Positions 1 through 13,208 of a DNA stretch of 64,000 bases are shown piece by piece. Numbering within the stretch: the first letter of the stretch is position 1; each line of letters starts with the position of its first letter. Origin of the DNA: Mobula hypostoma. Lineage: Eukaryota. Below the pieces are notes generated by a model, which saw nothing but the letters and a program-made list of their open reading frames with translations, was not told the DNA's origin and did not search any database. Made by a program: the position numbers and the translations under genes. Location of the stretch: assembly GCF_963921235.1 (NCBI RefSeq), contig NC_086097.1, positions 218,304,001-218,368,000 on the forward strand, read 5' to 3'.

Positions 1-826
1 GACACAGCGGTCTCGTCCTGCTCCTACAACCTGGAACATCTGACAGTGAAGTGCAAACCATTGATCTTACTGCAGAAGTCATCCTGACTGAAGTCTAAGA
101 CATCAAGCTAGCACTCAAGGAACTAAATGGCATATAAAAAAACAGCAAAGCAGTGTATCCGAATGACTGTCACATCACAGTGGGAGACTTTACTCGGGAT
201 GGTTTAGTGGACTGACCATGCTCAAGGATTATTCAGCAGATCTAACTAAATGTTCAAGAATCTTCACCAACCTATCAGCATCCATATTGACAAGTACATA
301 CCCACAAAAATAAAACACTGAATCTTCCAAAATCAGAAGCCATGGACGAATTAGGAGATTCATAATATGCTGAAGGCTAGAGTTGTAAAAATGTTTAGGA
401 CTGATGACCCAGAGTCCTTTAATAAATCCAGGTATGGCTTCTGGAAGGCAATCAAGAGTACAAAGAGGTAATTTTGGACTAAACAAAAGTCACAGATGTA
501 TGTCCAACAGCTGTGGCAGGGCTTGTATAATATTACTCCATGGTGGACTGGTTTGCATAAATATCAGGAAGGAGTCAAACCACCATGTCCAGGAATAGTT
601 ATTACCCCCCAACCATCAGGCTTATGGACCAAAAGGGGATAACTTCACTCAAATCCACTTGCCCCAGCATTGAAATGTTTCCACAATCTATGGACTCACT
701 TTCAAGGATTACTTATATAGTATCTTGCTATTATTGCTTATTTATAATTTCCTTTTGTATTTGCTTAATTTGTTATCTTGTGCACACTGTTTGAATACCC
801 AATTGCTGCAGTCATTCATTGATTCC
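1..826 (+). mobile_element. Decayed Rex1/Babar-like LINE fragments
   Basis: 1-540 aligns by eye with the Rex copies at 45680-46360 and 19690-19930 (e.g. AAATCAGAAGCCATGGA). 585-826 resembles a LINE 3' UTR. Confidence 0.55.
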
Positions 827-1800
827 GTAAGACCGTAAGATACAGGAGAAGTAGGTCATTCGTCCCATCGAGTCTGCTCTGCCATTCAATCATGGGCTGA
901 TCCAATTCTTCCAGTCATCCCCACTCCCCTGCCTTCATCCCATACCCTTTGATGCCCTGGCTAATTAAGAACCTATCTATCTCTGCCTTAAATGCGCCCA
1001 ATGACTTAGCCTCCATAGCCGCTCGTAGCAAAAAAATCCAGCTAATTCCTTCAGAACCCGTGGGTGAATTTCACCAGGTCCAGGAGATTTATATGCCGTC
1101 AGACCACTAAGTTTCCTGAGCACCTTGTCAGTCGTAATTTTCACTGCACAAACTTTACTTCCCTGACACTCCTGAATGTCCGGTAGACTGCAGACGTCTT
1201 CCACTGTGAAGACTGATGCAAAATATGCATTCAGTTCCTCTGCCATCTCTGCATCTCTCATTACAATATCTCCAGCATCATTTTGTAATGGTCATATATC
1301 TACCCTTGACTCTCTTTTACCCTTTATATACTTAAAAAAGCTTTTAGTATCTTCTTTGATATGAGTCACCAGCTTCTTTTCATAATTCATCTTTTTCTTC
1401 CTAATGACCTTCTTAGTTTCCTTCTGCAAGTTTTTAAAAGCTTCCCAATCCTCTATCTTCCCACTAGGTCTGGCTTCCTTGTATGCCCTCTATTTTGCTT
1501 TTACTTTGGCTCTAACTTTACTTGTCAGCCATGGTCATGTCCTTCTTCCACAAAAATTTCTTCTTACTTGGAATATACCTGTCTTGCACTTCCCTCATTT
1601 TTCGCAGAAACTCCAGCCATTGCTGCTCTGCTGTCCTTCCTGCAAATGTCCCTTTCCAGTCAACTTCAGCCAGTTCCCCTCTCATGCCACTGTAATTTCC
1701 TTTATTCCACTGAAATAGCGACACATTGGATTTTATTTTTTCCCTCTCAAATTTCAATGTGAAATCGATCATATTGTGATCACTGTTCCCCAAGGGTCCT
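827..1800 (-). mobile_element. CR1 LINE: 3' end joined to ORF2 N-terminal part (internal deletion)
   Basis: 3' tail at 827-1030. ORFs give AEELNAYFASVFT..KSPGPGEIHPRVLKE and SDHNMIDF. Confidence 0.85.
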
Positions 1801-1895
1801 ATTATGGTTGTTATTCTATTATGGATTTAATGAGCAGGCACTGAAGAAAGCGAATCTTAGGATTGTACGTGGTGACATGCATGTACTTTGTCAAT

Positions 1896-2727
1896 TGTGA
1901 CGAGAATACACATAGATAAGATGTTAGCTGTCCTATGTGATCAGCAGTTGGTCTGCCACCTGTCTTCAAGAGAGAGATAAGGGACACAATGAAACAGCAC
2001 CTGGAGATGTGTGGAGAGCTGTCTGGAGCGGCTCCCCCTTTGAACCCTGAACTGTTTGAAGTGATGGACAGGCGATACCCCAGCAGGGGGATAAAAAGGG
2101 ACAGGTTCGCTAAGGCAGGACACACGACACCCGAGGTAACGAGACCCTGGAAGCGGTGCACCTCTCACGAGTCGGTGGGAAGTACCGGACAACGCACAGG
2201 GTGGAAAGGTACGATCAGCGGGAACCCGGTGTGTGTCCGCCCTTGCTTGGGTGCCGGGTTCACTGCAGAGGATCGACCGCATCTGGAGGAGGGGTCACAG
2301 TCGGTGACCTCAGGTGACATCACCAAGGACCTGCCCAAAAGCTGCTTGTGAGCAAATCTCACCGGTCTGTGAGTGGAAGCCGTTTCTGAATGATCAGTCG
2401 TTCCCGTTCTCTCTCTCTCTCTCTCTCTCCCCCCACTTTGTCCATCGCCATGGCAACGATTACTGCGAACTGAACTAAATTGGACTGAACTTTTGTGTCA
2501 CTTTGAAATTTGGTCATTTACCCCTAGACAACGATAGAGCTTGATTGATGCTGTTATCTTAATTCTGTGCACGTGTGTTTATCATTGCTGAACTGTTGCA
2601 TTTATTATCCTTTCGATTACTGTGTTGCTTGTTTCTTTAATAAAACTTTCTTAGTTCTAGTAATCCAGACTCCAACTGAGTGATCCATTTCTGCTGGTTT
2701 GGCAACCCAGTTACGGGGTACGTAACA
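1896..2727 (+). mobile_element. Solo LTR (832 bp, probably Gypsy-type)
   Basis: TGTGACG...CGTAACA inverted termini (TG..CA). 4-bp TSD CAAT at 1892-1895 and 2728-2731. TATA-like GATAAAAAG near 2090, AATAAA at 2639-2644, internal (CT)n. Removing it restores a LINE 3' tail. Confidence 0.88.
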
Positions 2728-4604
2728 CAATAAATTTACTTTGAGCTTTGATCCATCACTGTTGGACAAGATCAATGTCTTTTATGCACACTTAAACCGA
2801 GGACACACCCACACGAGCCCCACTTCCCCCCTCCCCCCCACCCAAGGATTTCAGGATGAGTCTGCAACTCCGAGTTCAACATCCTGCCTCAATGATTACT
2901 GATGGAGGCACATAAATTAATCAAAATGAAATGCTTCAGAAACACATGTCAAGTTGCTGTTTACCAGCTACAGCTTGATGTTCAATAATTGTGCCCTCCA
3001 AATACATCATCAACTTCATGATCTGGCCCTATGAAATCCCTCTGCAACTGGATCTGCAACTTCTTTATTAGAACAGAAGAACCAGGAGCAGAATTAGGCC
3101 ATTTGTCTCATCGAGTCTGCTCTGCCATTCCATCATGGTCCATTTATTATCCCTCTCAATCCAATTCTCCTGTCTTCTTCCCGTAGCTTTTGACGCCCTG
3201 ATTAACCAAGAAACTATTAATGTCCGCTTTAAATATACTCAATAACTTGGTCTCCACAGCTGTCTGCAATATCGAATACCACAGATTCAGCACCCTCTAG
3301 CTAAAGAAATTCCTTCTCATCTTTGTTCTAAATGGGCATCCCTCTATGGAGGCTATACACTCTGGTCTTAGACTCCCCACCACAGGAAACATCCTCTCCA
3401 CATCCACTGTTTTGAGGCCATTCAGCATTAGATAGGTATCAATGAGGTCACCCCTCATTTTTCTGAATTCCAGTGAGTACAGGCCCAGAGTCAAAAGCTC
3501 CTCATACACTAACATTTTCATTCCTGGATTCCTTCTCATGAACCTTCACTGGACCATCTCCAATGCCAGCACATCTGTTCTTAGATAAGGGGCCCAAAAC
3601 TGCTCACAATACTCCAAGAGCAGTCTGACAAATAAATGTCTTATAAAGCCTCAGCATCAAATCTTTGCTCTTACATTCTAATCCTCTCAAAATGAATGAT
3701 AACACTGCACCGACTCAACCTGCAAGTTAACCTTAGGGAATCTTGCACAACAATTCCCAAGCCCCTTTGTACCTCTGATTTTTGAATTTTCTTTCCATTT
3801 AGAAAATAGTCTACACCTTTATTCCTTCTCCCAAAGTGCATGGCCATACACTTTCCAACACTATTTTCCATCTGCCACTCTTTGCCCATTCTCCCAATCT
3901 GTCTAAGTCCTTCTGCATACTCCCTGCTTCCTCAATGTTACTTGCCCCTCCACCTATCTTTGTATTGTTTGCAAACTTGTCACAAAACCACCAAATCCGC
4001 CATCCAAATCGTTGACATATACAGGTTTCCCCCGCTATCCGAAGGTAGAGCGTTCCTGTGAAACAATTCATAAGCCGGAATGTCGTAAAGTGAATAATCA
4101 ATTACCATTTATTAATATGGGAAAAATTTTTGAGCATTCCCAGACCCAAAAAAATAACCTACAAAATCATGCCAAATAACACACAAAACCTAAAATAACA
4201 GTAACATATAGTAAAAGCAGGAATGATATGATAAATACACAGCCTATATAAAGTAGAAATACTTTTCTGCAGCACTGTCTAGCACAGCGAAAATCTCACG
4301 GCAGCACTCTTGGCAAAAACATGGCGCAAGCGCTCTCAGTAGAAACACACTCTCCAGTAACCTTTAAGCTATGAAACTGCTAAATCATACCAAATAACAC
4401 ATAAAAACACACAGCCCATATAAAGTAGAAATAATGTATGTACAGTACAGAGTAGTTTCACCTACCGGAATCGGGAAGACTCCAATAAGTTGCAGTTTTG
4501 TCACAGTTAAACACTTGCTTATACGAGTAACCACCTGACGCAATCGGCAATCGCCTCTGATCTGGGCCGACATTTACATGCTGGGCAGCACCTAATTAAT
4601 TAAC

Positions 4605-4727
4605 GCAACATACATCAAAGTTGCTGGTGAACGCAGCAGGCCAAGCAGCATCTATAGGAAGAGGCGCAGTCGACGTTTCAGGCCGAGACCCTTCGTCAGG
4701 ACTAACTGAAGGAAGAGTGAGTAAGGG
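4605..4727 (-). mobile_element. 123-bp non-coding PLE terminal fragment containing the hammerhead
   Basis: Nearly identical to the outer end of the palindrome's left arm (from 24292). Flanked by ATTAAC at 4599-4604 and 4728-4733. Inserted in the Tigger element. Confidence 0.85.
4667..4704 (-). ncRNA. Minimal hammerhead ribozyme (PLE-associated)
   Basis: Reverse complement reads TAGTC-CTGACGA-AGGGTCTCGGCCT-GAAAC-GTC-GACTG, with an intact core. Confidence 0.78.
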
Positions 4728-6399
4728 ATTAACTTGTTTATTTCAGCTCTTTTCTTAAAGATGTGCTGGGTGCGTTCTGACTACCGCTGCACCACTGCAT
4801 TCTTCGTGGCAATGTATCCATCCGTGGCCCGGAGGTTGGGGACCACTGCTTAAACTATGAAGCTGCCCTCGCCTCAGAAACCAATCAAACCACCCATGAC
4901 TACCTTTAAATTCCACTTTCGCAACACTTTCATCACCAGCGTCCAGTGCTTTCTGTTTCAGTTTATTAAAAAGACTGACTGATTTCTCCTTAAGTATAAG
5001 AAAACTTAACGGAACACCAGGCTTTGTACACCCATCAATCCACTCAAACAATAGACTTTCCATTTTATCCATTATTGGATGCCGACTAAGACAGACCACT
5101 TTGCTACAAGCAGAACCAACAGTAACATTGGAAGCTTTCAAAATTCTTTCTCTCTGCAGTATATATAGTGCGAATGGTGGACGCAGGCAAGTTCAACGCG
5201 AGGACAATGTCCTTACTTCGTTCACCGCGATCGAAACGCTTAATTATGTCTAGTTTTACACTAAGTGTAACACCCTTACGAGCTCTCTTAGGCTTTTCCG
5301 ATACCTTAGAACTCATCTTGCTAACGGATGCACAAAATAAATCGAGATAAAGCACGTGTTTAAGCAATGCCGGCTAGAATGCAGTTCCGGGGGAGGAGCT
5401 TGGCTGTTTGGGGCACACGCTGCCTTTTTTTGTAACAGTGAAAACACATTCTGTTAGCAAAAACAGGTAACTAATGTAGGTCTTTTGTAACAGTGAGGTG
5501 TCATAAAGTGAACGTTCAGAAAACGGGGGGCTACCTGTAACATGAAAAGAAGCAGTTCCAATAACAACCCTTGTGAACCATTAGTAACCAGTAGCCAACT
5601 AGAATAGGCCCCCATTTTTCCGAGTCTTTGGCTCCTGTAGTCAACCAAACTCTATCCATGCTATTTTCTTTCCTGTAAAACCATGGGCTCTTATCTTGTT
5701 AAGCAGCCTCATGTGCAGCATCTTGTCAAAAGCCTTGTGAAAATTAAAGAAAACAGCATCAACTGAATCTCCTTTGTCTGTTCTGCCTGTTATTTCCTCA
5801 AAGAATTCCGATAGATCTGTCAAACATGATTTCCCCTTATGGAAACCATGCTGACTTTAGCCTAGTTTATTACATGCCTCCAAGTACCCAGAAACCTCAT
5901 CCTTAATAATGTACTTCAACATCTCCCCAACTACTGAGATCAGGCTAACTGGCCTATAATTTCCTTTCTTCTACCTCCCTTCCTTCTTAAAGAATGGAGT
6001 AACATTTGCAATTTTCCAATCCTCTGGAAACATACCATAATCCATTGATTCCTTAAAGATCATTACTAATGCCTCCACAATCTCTTCACCTTCCTCTTTC
6101 AAAACCCTGGGGTGTTGTCCATTTGGTCCAGGTGATTTATATTCCTTCATCGATTTCAGCTTTCCAAGCATCTTTTCCCCAATAAAGCAGCAACACACAC
6201 TTCTGACCAACTTCCCACTCAATTTCTGGCATATTGCTAGTGTTTTCACAGTGAAGATTGACACAAAATACTTATTAATTTCATCCACCAATTCTTTATC
6301 TCCTATTACTATCTCTTTAGCGCAATTTTCCACCAGTTCAATATCCACTCTCGCCTCCTTTACTCTTTATATATCTGAGAAAACCAGAACATATGGGGC

Positions 6400-6612
6400 T
6401 GAACGGTAAAACAGTGATAAGCAAAATGCTTTATAGTACCAGTGACCTGGGTCCCACCACTGCCTCCAAGCAGTTTACATGTTCTTTCTGTGACTGTGTG
6501 GATTTCCTCGAGGTGCTCCTGTTTCCTCCCATATTCCAAAGACGTACCAGTTGGTAAATTAATTGGTCATTGTAAATTCTCCTGTGTTTAGGCTAGGATT
6601 AAACTGAGGGTG
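6400..6612 (+). mobile_element. V-SINE (HE1-like)
   Basis: V-domain-like core GTGACTGTGTGGATTTCCTC..GGTGCTCC..TTTCCTCCCA..TCCAAAGACGTAC..TAATTGGTCATTGTAAATT. Confidence 0.7.
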
Positions 6613-9303
6613 GGAGATGATGGGATAGATATATCAATATTCTGTGATATTATTGGCTAGCTTAACTTCATACTTAATCTTTTTTTTCCTTATGTTTTTT
6701 TAGTTGTCTTCTGTCGGTTTTTGAAAGCTTCCCGATCTTCAAACTTCTCACTAATTTTTGCTGTATTATATGCCCTCTCCTTTGCTTTCATGCTGTTCCA
6801 CTTCCCTTGTCAGCCACGGTTGCTTCACTCTTCCTTTAGCATACTTCTTCATCTTTGGGATGCATCTATCCTGCATGTTCTGAATTGCCCTCAGAAACGC
6901 CAACCATTGCTGTTCTGCCAAATATCCTGCTAGTGTCCCCTTCCAATCAACTTTGACCACCTCCTTTCTCCTGCCTCTGTAATTCCCTTTACTCCACTGA
7001 ATACTGATACATATCTAATTCTAGCCTTTCCCTCTCAAACTGCCGGGTGAAATCTATCATATTATGATCACTGTCTCCTAAGGGTTCCTTTACCTTAAGC
7101 TCCCAAATCAAATCTGGTTCATTACACAACACCCAATCCAGAATTGCTTTTCCCCTAGTGAGCTCAACTACAAGTAGCTCTAAAAAGCCATCTCATGGGC
7201 ATTTTACAAATTCCCTCTTTTGGGATCCAGCACTAACCTAGTTTTCCTAATTACTTGCATATTGGAATCCCCCATGATTATTGTAATATTGCCGTCATTA
7301 CATGCCTTTTCTATTTCCAGTTGAAATTTATATCTTACATCCTGGCTACTGTTTGGGGGCCTGTATATATAATTCCATTAAGGGTCTTTTCGCCCTTGCA
7401 GTTTCTGAACTCTACCCACAAGGATTTGACATCTTCCAATACTATATCACCTCTTTCTAAGGTTTTGATTTCATTTTTAGCAACACAGTCACCCCACTCC
7501 CTCCGTCTACCTGCCTATCCTTTTGATACAAGGTTTGTCCTTGGATATTCATCTTTCAACCACATCTCAGTGATGTCCATACGTCATTCTTACCAACCTC
7601 TAACTGCACTACAAGATCATCTACCTCATTCTGTATACTGATTACATTCAAATATAACACTTTCAGTCCAGTGCCTAATCACCATTTTCGATTTTGCCCC
7701 CATGTCTCCCATGATTTACTTCAACTCATCTCACTGACTGCAATTTTTCCCAATCCTGTCCTTCCTCCTTGTTCTCAATACACACTGTATTGACTTGTAT
7801 ATCAACTGCCCCATCGTCAGCCCGATCACTCTGGGTCCCATCCCCCTGCAACTTAGTTTAAATCCTCCCCAAAAACTCTAGCAAACCTGTCTGCGAGGAT
7901 ATCGGTCCCCCTTGAACTCTGGTGTACAGGTCATACCTTCCCCCAGAAAAGATCCCAATGATTCAGAAATCTGAAACCCTGCCCTCTGCACCACTTCCTC
8001 AGCCACTCATTCATATGTATTATCATCCTATTGCTATGCTATTAGCCTGTGCTGCATTTCCAAATAAAAATATAAATAAATTTTGTTCCAAATTGCTTTG
8101 GTGCATGCCTTTATTTTTCCTGTACTTGGATATAGTTTGTCCATTTACCAAAGTCACTAATATCCATTGTTTATCGTTAAACTGCCACACCTAAATAGTC
8201 AGCAATGCCGCAATACATAGATTAATGGATCAAGATTTTGTTTCCAGTCCTCATCATGGTTATATTTTTAAGACAAAATACTTCATAGAAAATAAACAAA
8301 ACCCAATTTAAGATGAATCCTGATTATACTATATTTCTATTGCTATGTTCCACTAAATTATTGTAATTGGCATAAACTAATCTGATACAATGTGTTAGTA
8401 AACACAATCTCAATCTATAATAATCATATCCTGAGTTTCCTCTCTCCTCATCATTCCCCCATGAGGCCAGAGATTGTTTACTTGTGACTATTAGCTTCAT
8501 AGAGCTACATCCTTCTTAAAGGTCACTTCGACTCTGAGCTGCATCTGTACACAGCAATACAAAAGTCAGTTTATGCCAGAGACCCAAAATAGAGAGTACA
8601 AATAGAGCTGACCAGTTCGATCACTTCACATCCAGCTCTTCCAGCTTTACAACAAGGTTGACATAAATAGCAGGGTTACCAACATTGAATTAAACAAGTG
8701 CCATCAGGTAATTACTTTACTTTAAAAAAGTCATTAATTCACTGATAAAGTACAGTTACAAATCAAGGCTAACATTCATCACTGATGAAGTGATATGATA
8801 ACAAAGACAAAATGTGGCTTAGACTATACAGAATTTTGTATACTGAAATATAAAACAAATGGATTTAGCAAACAACTTTAATTTAAAAATTCATATATAC
8901 TCATTTTTACCTCCAATGAACAAGGAATTATTCAACAGAATTGTTGTACAGACATCTCCAAAATTACTTTGTATTCTGTATTTCTGGGTTTTGCATGGAT
9001 ATTTTACTCTGACACCCCCTCAAAAATCAGAGAGAAAGAAAGTAACTATCCTGCTTCCCATTTGTAACAGAATGCATCCTTTGCAGCATGGATTACAACA
9101 AAGTTCAATCAATACCTAATAAGCAAAACAATTGATGTCTGATCGATACTGTCAGGTCACAGCTGAAGATTGTGATTTTCCTAAATGGGGGAAGGGTGGG
9201 AAAAATCACAAAACATTGGGCCAAATTAAGCTGGCTGATAATCAACAACTCAGGCCCTCAGCCATTCAGTTCAGAGCATCCAGCACTCAACCAAATAAAC
9301 AGG

Positions 9304-9790
9304 CCCAAGGTCAGGTGCCATAATATCTGATGCCCTGCCCCTGCCCCTGCCCAAGGTCAGGTGCCATAATATCTGATGCCCTGCCCCTGCCCAAGGTCAG
9401 GTGCCATAATATCTGATGCCCTGCTCCTGCCCCTGCCCAAGGTCAGGTGCCATAATATCTGATGCCCTGCTCCTGCCCCTGCCCAAGGTCAGGTGCCATA
9501 ATATCTGATGCCCTGCCCCTGCCCAAGGTCAGGTGCCATAATATCTGATGCCCTGCCCCTGCCCAAGGTCAGGTGCCATAATATCTGATGCCCTGCCCCT
9601 GCCCCTGCCCAAGGTCAGGTGCCATAATATCTGATGCCCTGCCCCTGCCCCAGCCCAAGGTCAGGTGCCATAATATCTGATGCCCTGCTCCTGCCCCTGC
9701 CCAAGGTCAGGTGCCATAATATCTGATGCCCTGCTCCTGCCCCTGCCCAAGGTCAGGTGCCATAATATCTGATGCCCTGCTCCTGCTCCA
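9304..9790. repeat. Minisatellite, 11 copies of a 40/46-bp unit
   Basis: Unit CCCAAGGTCAGGTGCCATAATATCTGATGCCCTG(CYCCTG)1-2. Copies start at 9304, 9350, 9390, 9436, 9482, 9522, 9562, 9608, 9654, 9700 and 9746. Confidence 0.97.
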
Positions 9791-12700
9791 CCATTAAGCC
9801 CATTACTACATGCAGCAGTGGTGGATTTGGACCTTCAGATTTATGATTACACACTTTGAAAGGAGACAATCAGTGAAAAAATACTAAAGCAAGTGTTAGA
9901 CTTATTTTGCTTTTAATCATTAAATTCAATTTAATTTTGCTTTTTAAACTTAGATGTTTTTAAAAATTGATTTGAGTAAGTTTCACACATCTCAGCAATG
10001 AGCCATCAAAGACTGAAGGATTCTGGGAGTGGGATCTCAATGGTATGCCACCCGAGGGCAATGTAGCTTATGCAGCCTGCTCCACTTCTTAACTGTAGAG
10101 AGCTTGCTTAGTCTGCTCCCTGCAACCAGAAACACTCACTCAAGCTGGGTAGCCACCTTGGACAGAGTGTCCAAAACACATTCAGTGTAATCCCACCAAA
10201 GGTCATTTGTTCACAATTAATTCAACACTTCTGCCTAGTCCTCGGTGGTTTTAAGATATAAATGCTGTTCTGTATCGCACAAGAAATCAGGTTACATTGG
10301 TGTCGGCTTACACTATTTGTCCGTATAATGCTATATCCTATCTTCAAGATAAAATTGAAATGATTTTGTTACCAATGCATTATAAGAGAACCTAGTAGTA
10401 TTGTTTATCAAGTACGATAAATGGAGAATTAAGAAATAAATATAATTTTCATTTTGATTTTCTCCAGCTCCTATATTTAAAGTAACAAGCCCATTCATAA
10501 CCCAAGTATCCAGGAGTAAAAGGCTGTTAACCTTTAAGATATAACAAAAAGGTAAACATTCATCTAGGAAATCTAACTAGCCACATCTAAGAAAACCATC
10601 ATGTGCTTGGTATATTTTATTGTACCGTTTGCACATCTCAATACATGATTCACCTTCACCAGTTACAGAAACCACCACCACAAAAAAAAACTACACAATC
10701 TCCACAATTTTAAAACAATTTATTTGACTTGCTAAAAGTCTAACCAAAATAAAAGTAAAATAAATTGAAAATCTATACTGGAGGTTGAGCATAAACACCC
10801 CATGGATTGAATTTAATTTGAAAATGCACTCAACACTGCAAGATGCAATCATTAAAGTACAAGCAAAATGTAAGAAATAGAATTCTGGTGCAGTAAATAG
10901 ATGAATTTAGTGCAGAGCTGAGAATTACTCAAAACATATACTGTCAATTTCTTCTACTATTGGAAACACATCAACTTCTTTTGTTATTGGAAACGTGATA
11001 CTACTATTTTATCTGCTTAGCTGGTGTAATCAATTGTAAACCTTCCCCGCAAAATAAACCCTCAACTCCTTGCTCCTTCAACAAAAACAGCTATGCACTT
11101 TTTAAAGTAGGTGGGAGTGAGAGGAAATATTGGTACTAATTAAACTGTTCACTCAACAATTAATTCCATTTTTATTTCTAACGAGTTTATAGCAAACCAA
11201 TGGGCCAAAACTATGTTTTCAAATTTGATGAGACAAGGTTGCAGCACAGTAAAATTGAAAGTATATGGCTAAACAACCAATAGATGTTAAACAAGCTTTA
11301 AAAAAATGTGCTTTGGTATTAGACCAACAGGTTGATTAAATGAATTATTAATTTTGCTAAGCAACGTCTACAATTTCCATACAGTGCAGGCCCAGTCAGC
11401 ATTTTGTTCAACTAACATGTACATTCAATTTCATTTGTTTTTTCAAAAATCAAGCAATAAACCATCCTTCTGATAAATTGAGGCCAGGCTACACCAGCTG
11501 TGTTATTATGCTTGTTATTTGACTTACTTACTATACCTGTAAACAAAAGTATCTACAGCAAGACCTTCCTAATCAGATATCAACCTACAATAATTCACAA
11601 TCACTTCAAGGCCTATTCCCGGGGATAATAATCTGACATATAACTATACACCACACTGCCCAACTCTTTGCTAATGATCTCAAAGTTTGCATTGTTTAAT
11701 AAAATTTTACCCAACTGCTGATCTGGTTAGTAAGTGTTTCAGCAGTGTCAACCTGAGTAAATGAACTGAGAAGGAGAAGATCCACATTAAGCCAACGTGT
11801 GCTAAAGTACAGATAGCTGCAAATATCATAGAATTTTTATTTTTAAAATATTAATTCACATAGCAATATTCACATTGGTTTACATCTCTCTTGACTTTAT
11901 CTGCAATGTGTAGCAAATGCACTACTGAATGACACTGGCTAAAGTACTAGTTAATTTATCATGGATAGCAATATAAAATTCTAAAAAGTTAACACAAGCA
12001 ATTTGCATTTATGCAAAACATCAACACAGTGAAGAGATTTGCAAAGCAATATTCTCTATAGTTTATCATATTCCAGTAAAGATATTTTGTCCCATTAATA
12101 ATTACCAACCTTGCCATTTTCCCACCTTGAAAATTTTACCACAACTCAGGCATTCAGCTGTTAACCATTAAACATTGTTAAAATTAACATGCAATACAAT
12201 CTTAAAAGCAATTATTAAAACATTGATAGCTTTACCTACGGGTTTGATATCCTTTGACAGTAAGCCTTCTATTTTTCTACATTTTGAATATCGCAAAGTA
12301 TTCAACCCCTATCCCAACATAGCCTTTGCACACTTTTTTTTAAATCACATCTGCATCAAAACCTTGATCTCCCTAGTTATCAACTTGGCCTGCATTTCAC
12401 AGAAATTCATATCAAAATATTTCAATCACTTTGTGTAAGTGATAGTAACTTGCTCATATGTTCAAATAAATTTCCTTCCTGGCAAATTTAAATAACTGAA
12501 AAAGCTGGTGTCATCTTGCATCATTAGGCTGCACAAGGTTTCCACTTCCTTGTCCATTCTCATCCAGTATTATGTAGCCTTTATCTTTACATTTCAAAGT
12601 TATAAAGATCTGACATTTCTGAGTAATTAATATAAACCATTATAGATTAGATTGTAGAGACCATAAAAGTAAACTTCTTATTCATTGACTTGTCACTCCT

Positions 12701-13007
12701 TACAGGTCTTATCCACATATCAATTGACTGCAACTGTCTTCTCCCTTTCTTTTGCTTCCTTCCCTTTCCTATAATACCTGTGTAGAGTTGGGAAGATTAT
12801 CCAGTATTTTCTGATCATCATGACATTGCAGATATACAAATATTCCAGTTTCCAAACACTCCCCCCTTTTAGTCTAAGAGAATAGTCTTAATTACTTTGT
12901 AGTGTCATCTGGCTTGAACCTTGCCAATATCCTTTTTTTCCCCCCTAATTTTATTATTCTACAAGGGAAACAATGACCTTTCCCACTTAAACAAATATAC
13001 TAGGAAG

Positions 13008-13208
13008 AGCTTCCAGCTCTTGGCTCCATCCCTCCCCCTCCTGTCTTCTCCTATCATTTCGGTTCTCCCCCCCCCCCCCGCCTTTCAAATCTCTTACTAT
13101 CTCTTCTTTCAGTTAGTCCTGACGAATGGTCTCGGCCCGAAACGTCGACTGTACCTCTTCCTATAGATGCTGCCCGGCCTGCTGCGGTCCACCAGCATTT
13201 TGTGTATG
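13008..13208 (+). mobile_element. 201-bp non-coding PLE terminal fragment containing the hammerhead
   Basis: Homologous to about 25430-25630. 11-bp TSD ATACTAGGAAG at 12997-13007 and 13209-13219. Confidence 0.88.
13114..13151 (+). ncRNA. Minimal hammerhead ribozyme (PLE-associated)
   Basis: TAGTC-CTGACGA-ATGGTCTCGGCCC-GAAAC-GTC-GACTG. Core intact, one helix II substitution. Confidence 0.72.

Larger units (their letters stand above)
4022..5537 (-). mobile_element. Tigger/pogo DNA transposon, internally deleted
   Basis: Imperfect TIRs CAGGTTTCCCCCGC / GGGGGGCTACCTG and TA TSD (4020-4021, 5538-5539). Frameshifted transposase N-terminus at about 5319-4840 (psq-HTH KRARKGVTLSVKLDIIKRFDRGE; CENP-B HTH MESLLFEWI...FKGSHGWFDWF). 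No DDE domain seen. Confidence 0.9.
3069..8035 (-). mobile_element. Long decayed CR1 LINE, interrupted by Tigger (4022-5537) and V-SINE (about 6400-6612)
   Basis: Collinear fragments: 3' end at 3069, RT (KFANNTKIGG, FHKAFDK), KSPGPNGQHPRVLKE, EN region and ORF1 esterase end near 8030. Confidence 0.88.

Noticed and set aside
1941..2362. ORFs of 65-120 aa within the GC-rich segment
   Set aside because: They lie inside a solo LTR and show no gag/pol or other recognisable motifs.
4755..5367. Domesticated TIGD/CENP-B-like host gene
   Set aside because: It is frameshifted, lacks the DDE domain, and is bounded by TIRs and a TA TSD inside a CR1.
9304..9790. CRISPR-like array
   Set aside because: There are no unique spacers and no cas genes, and the context is vertebrate. 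It is a head-to-tail minisatellite.
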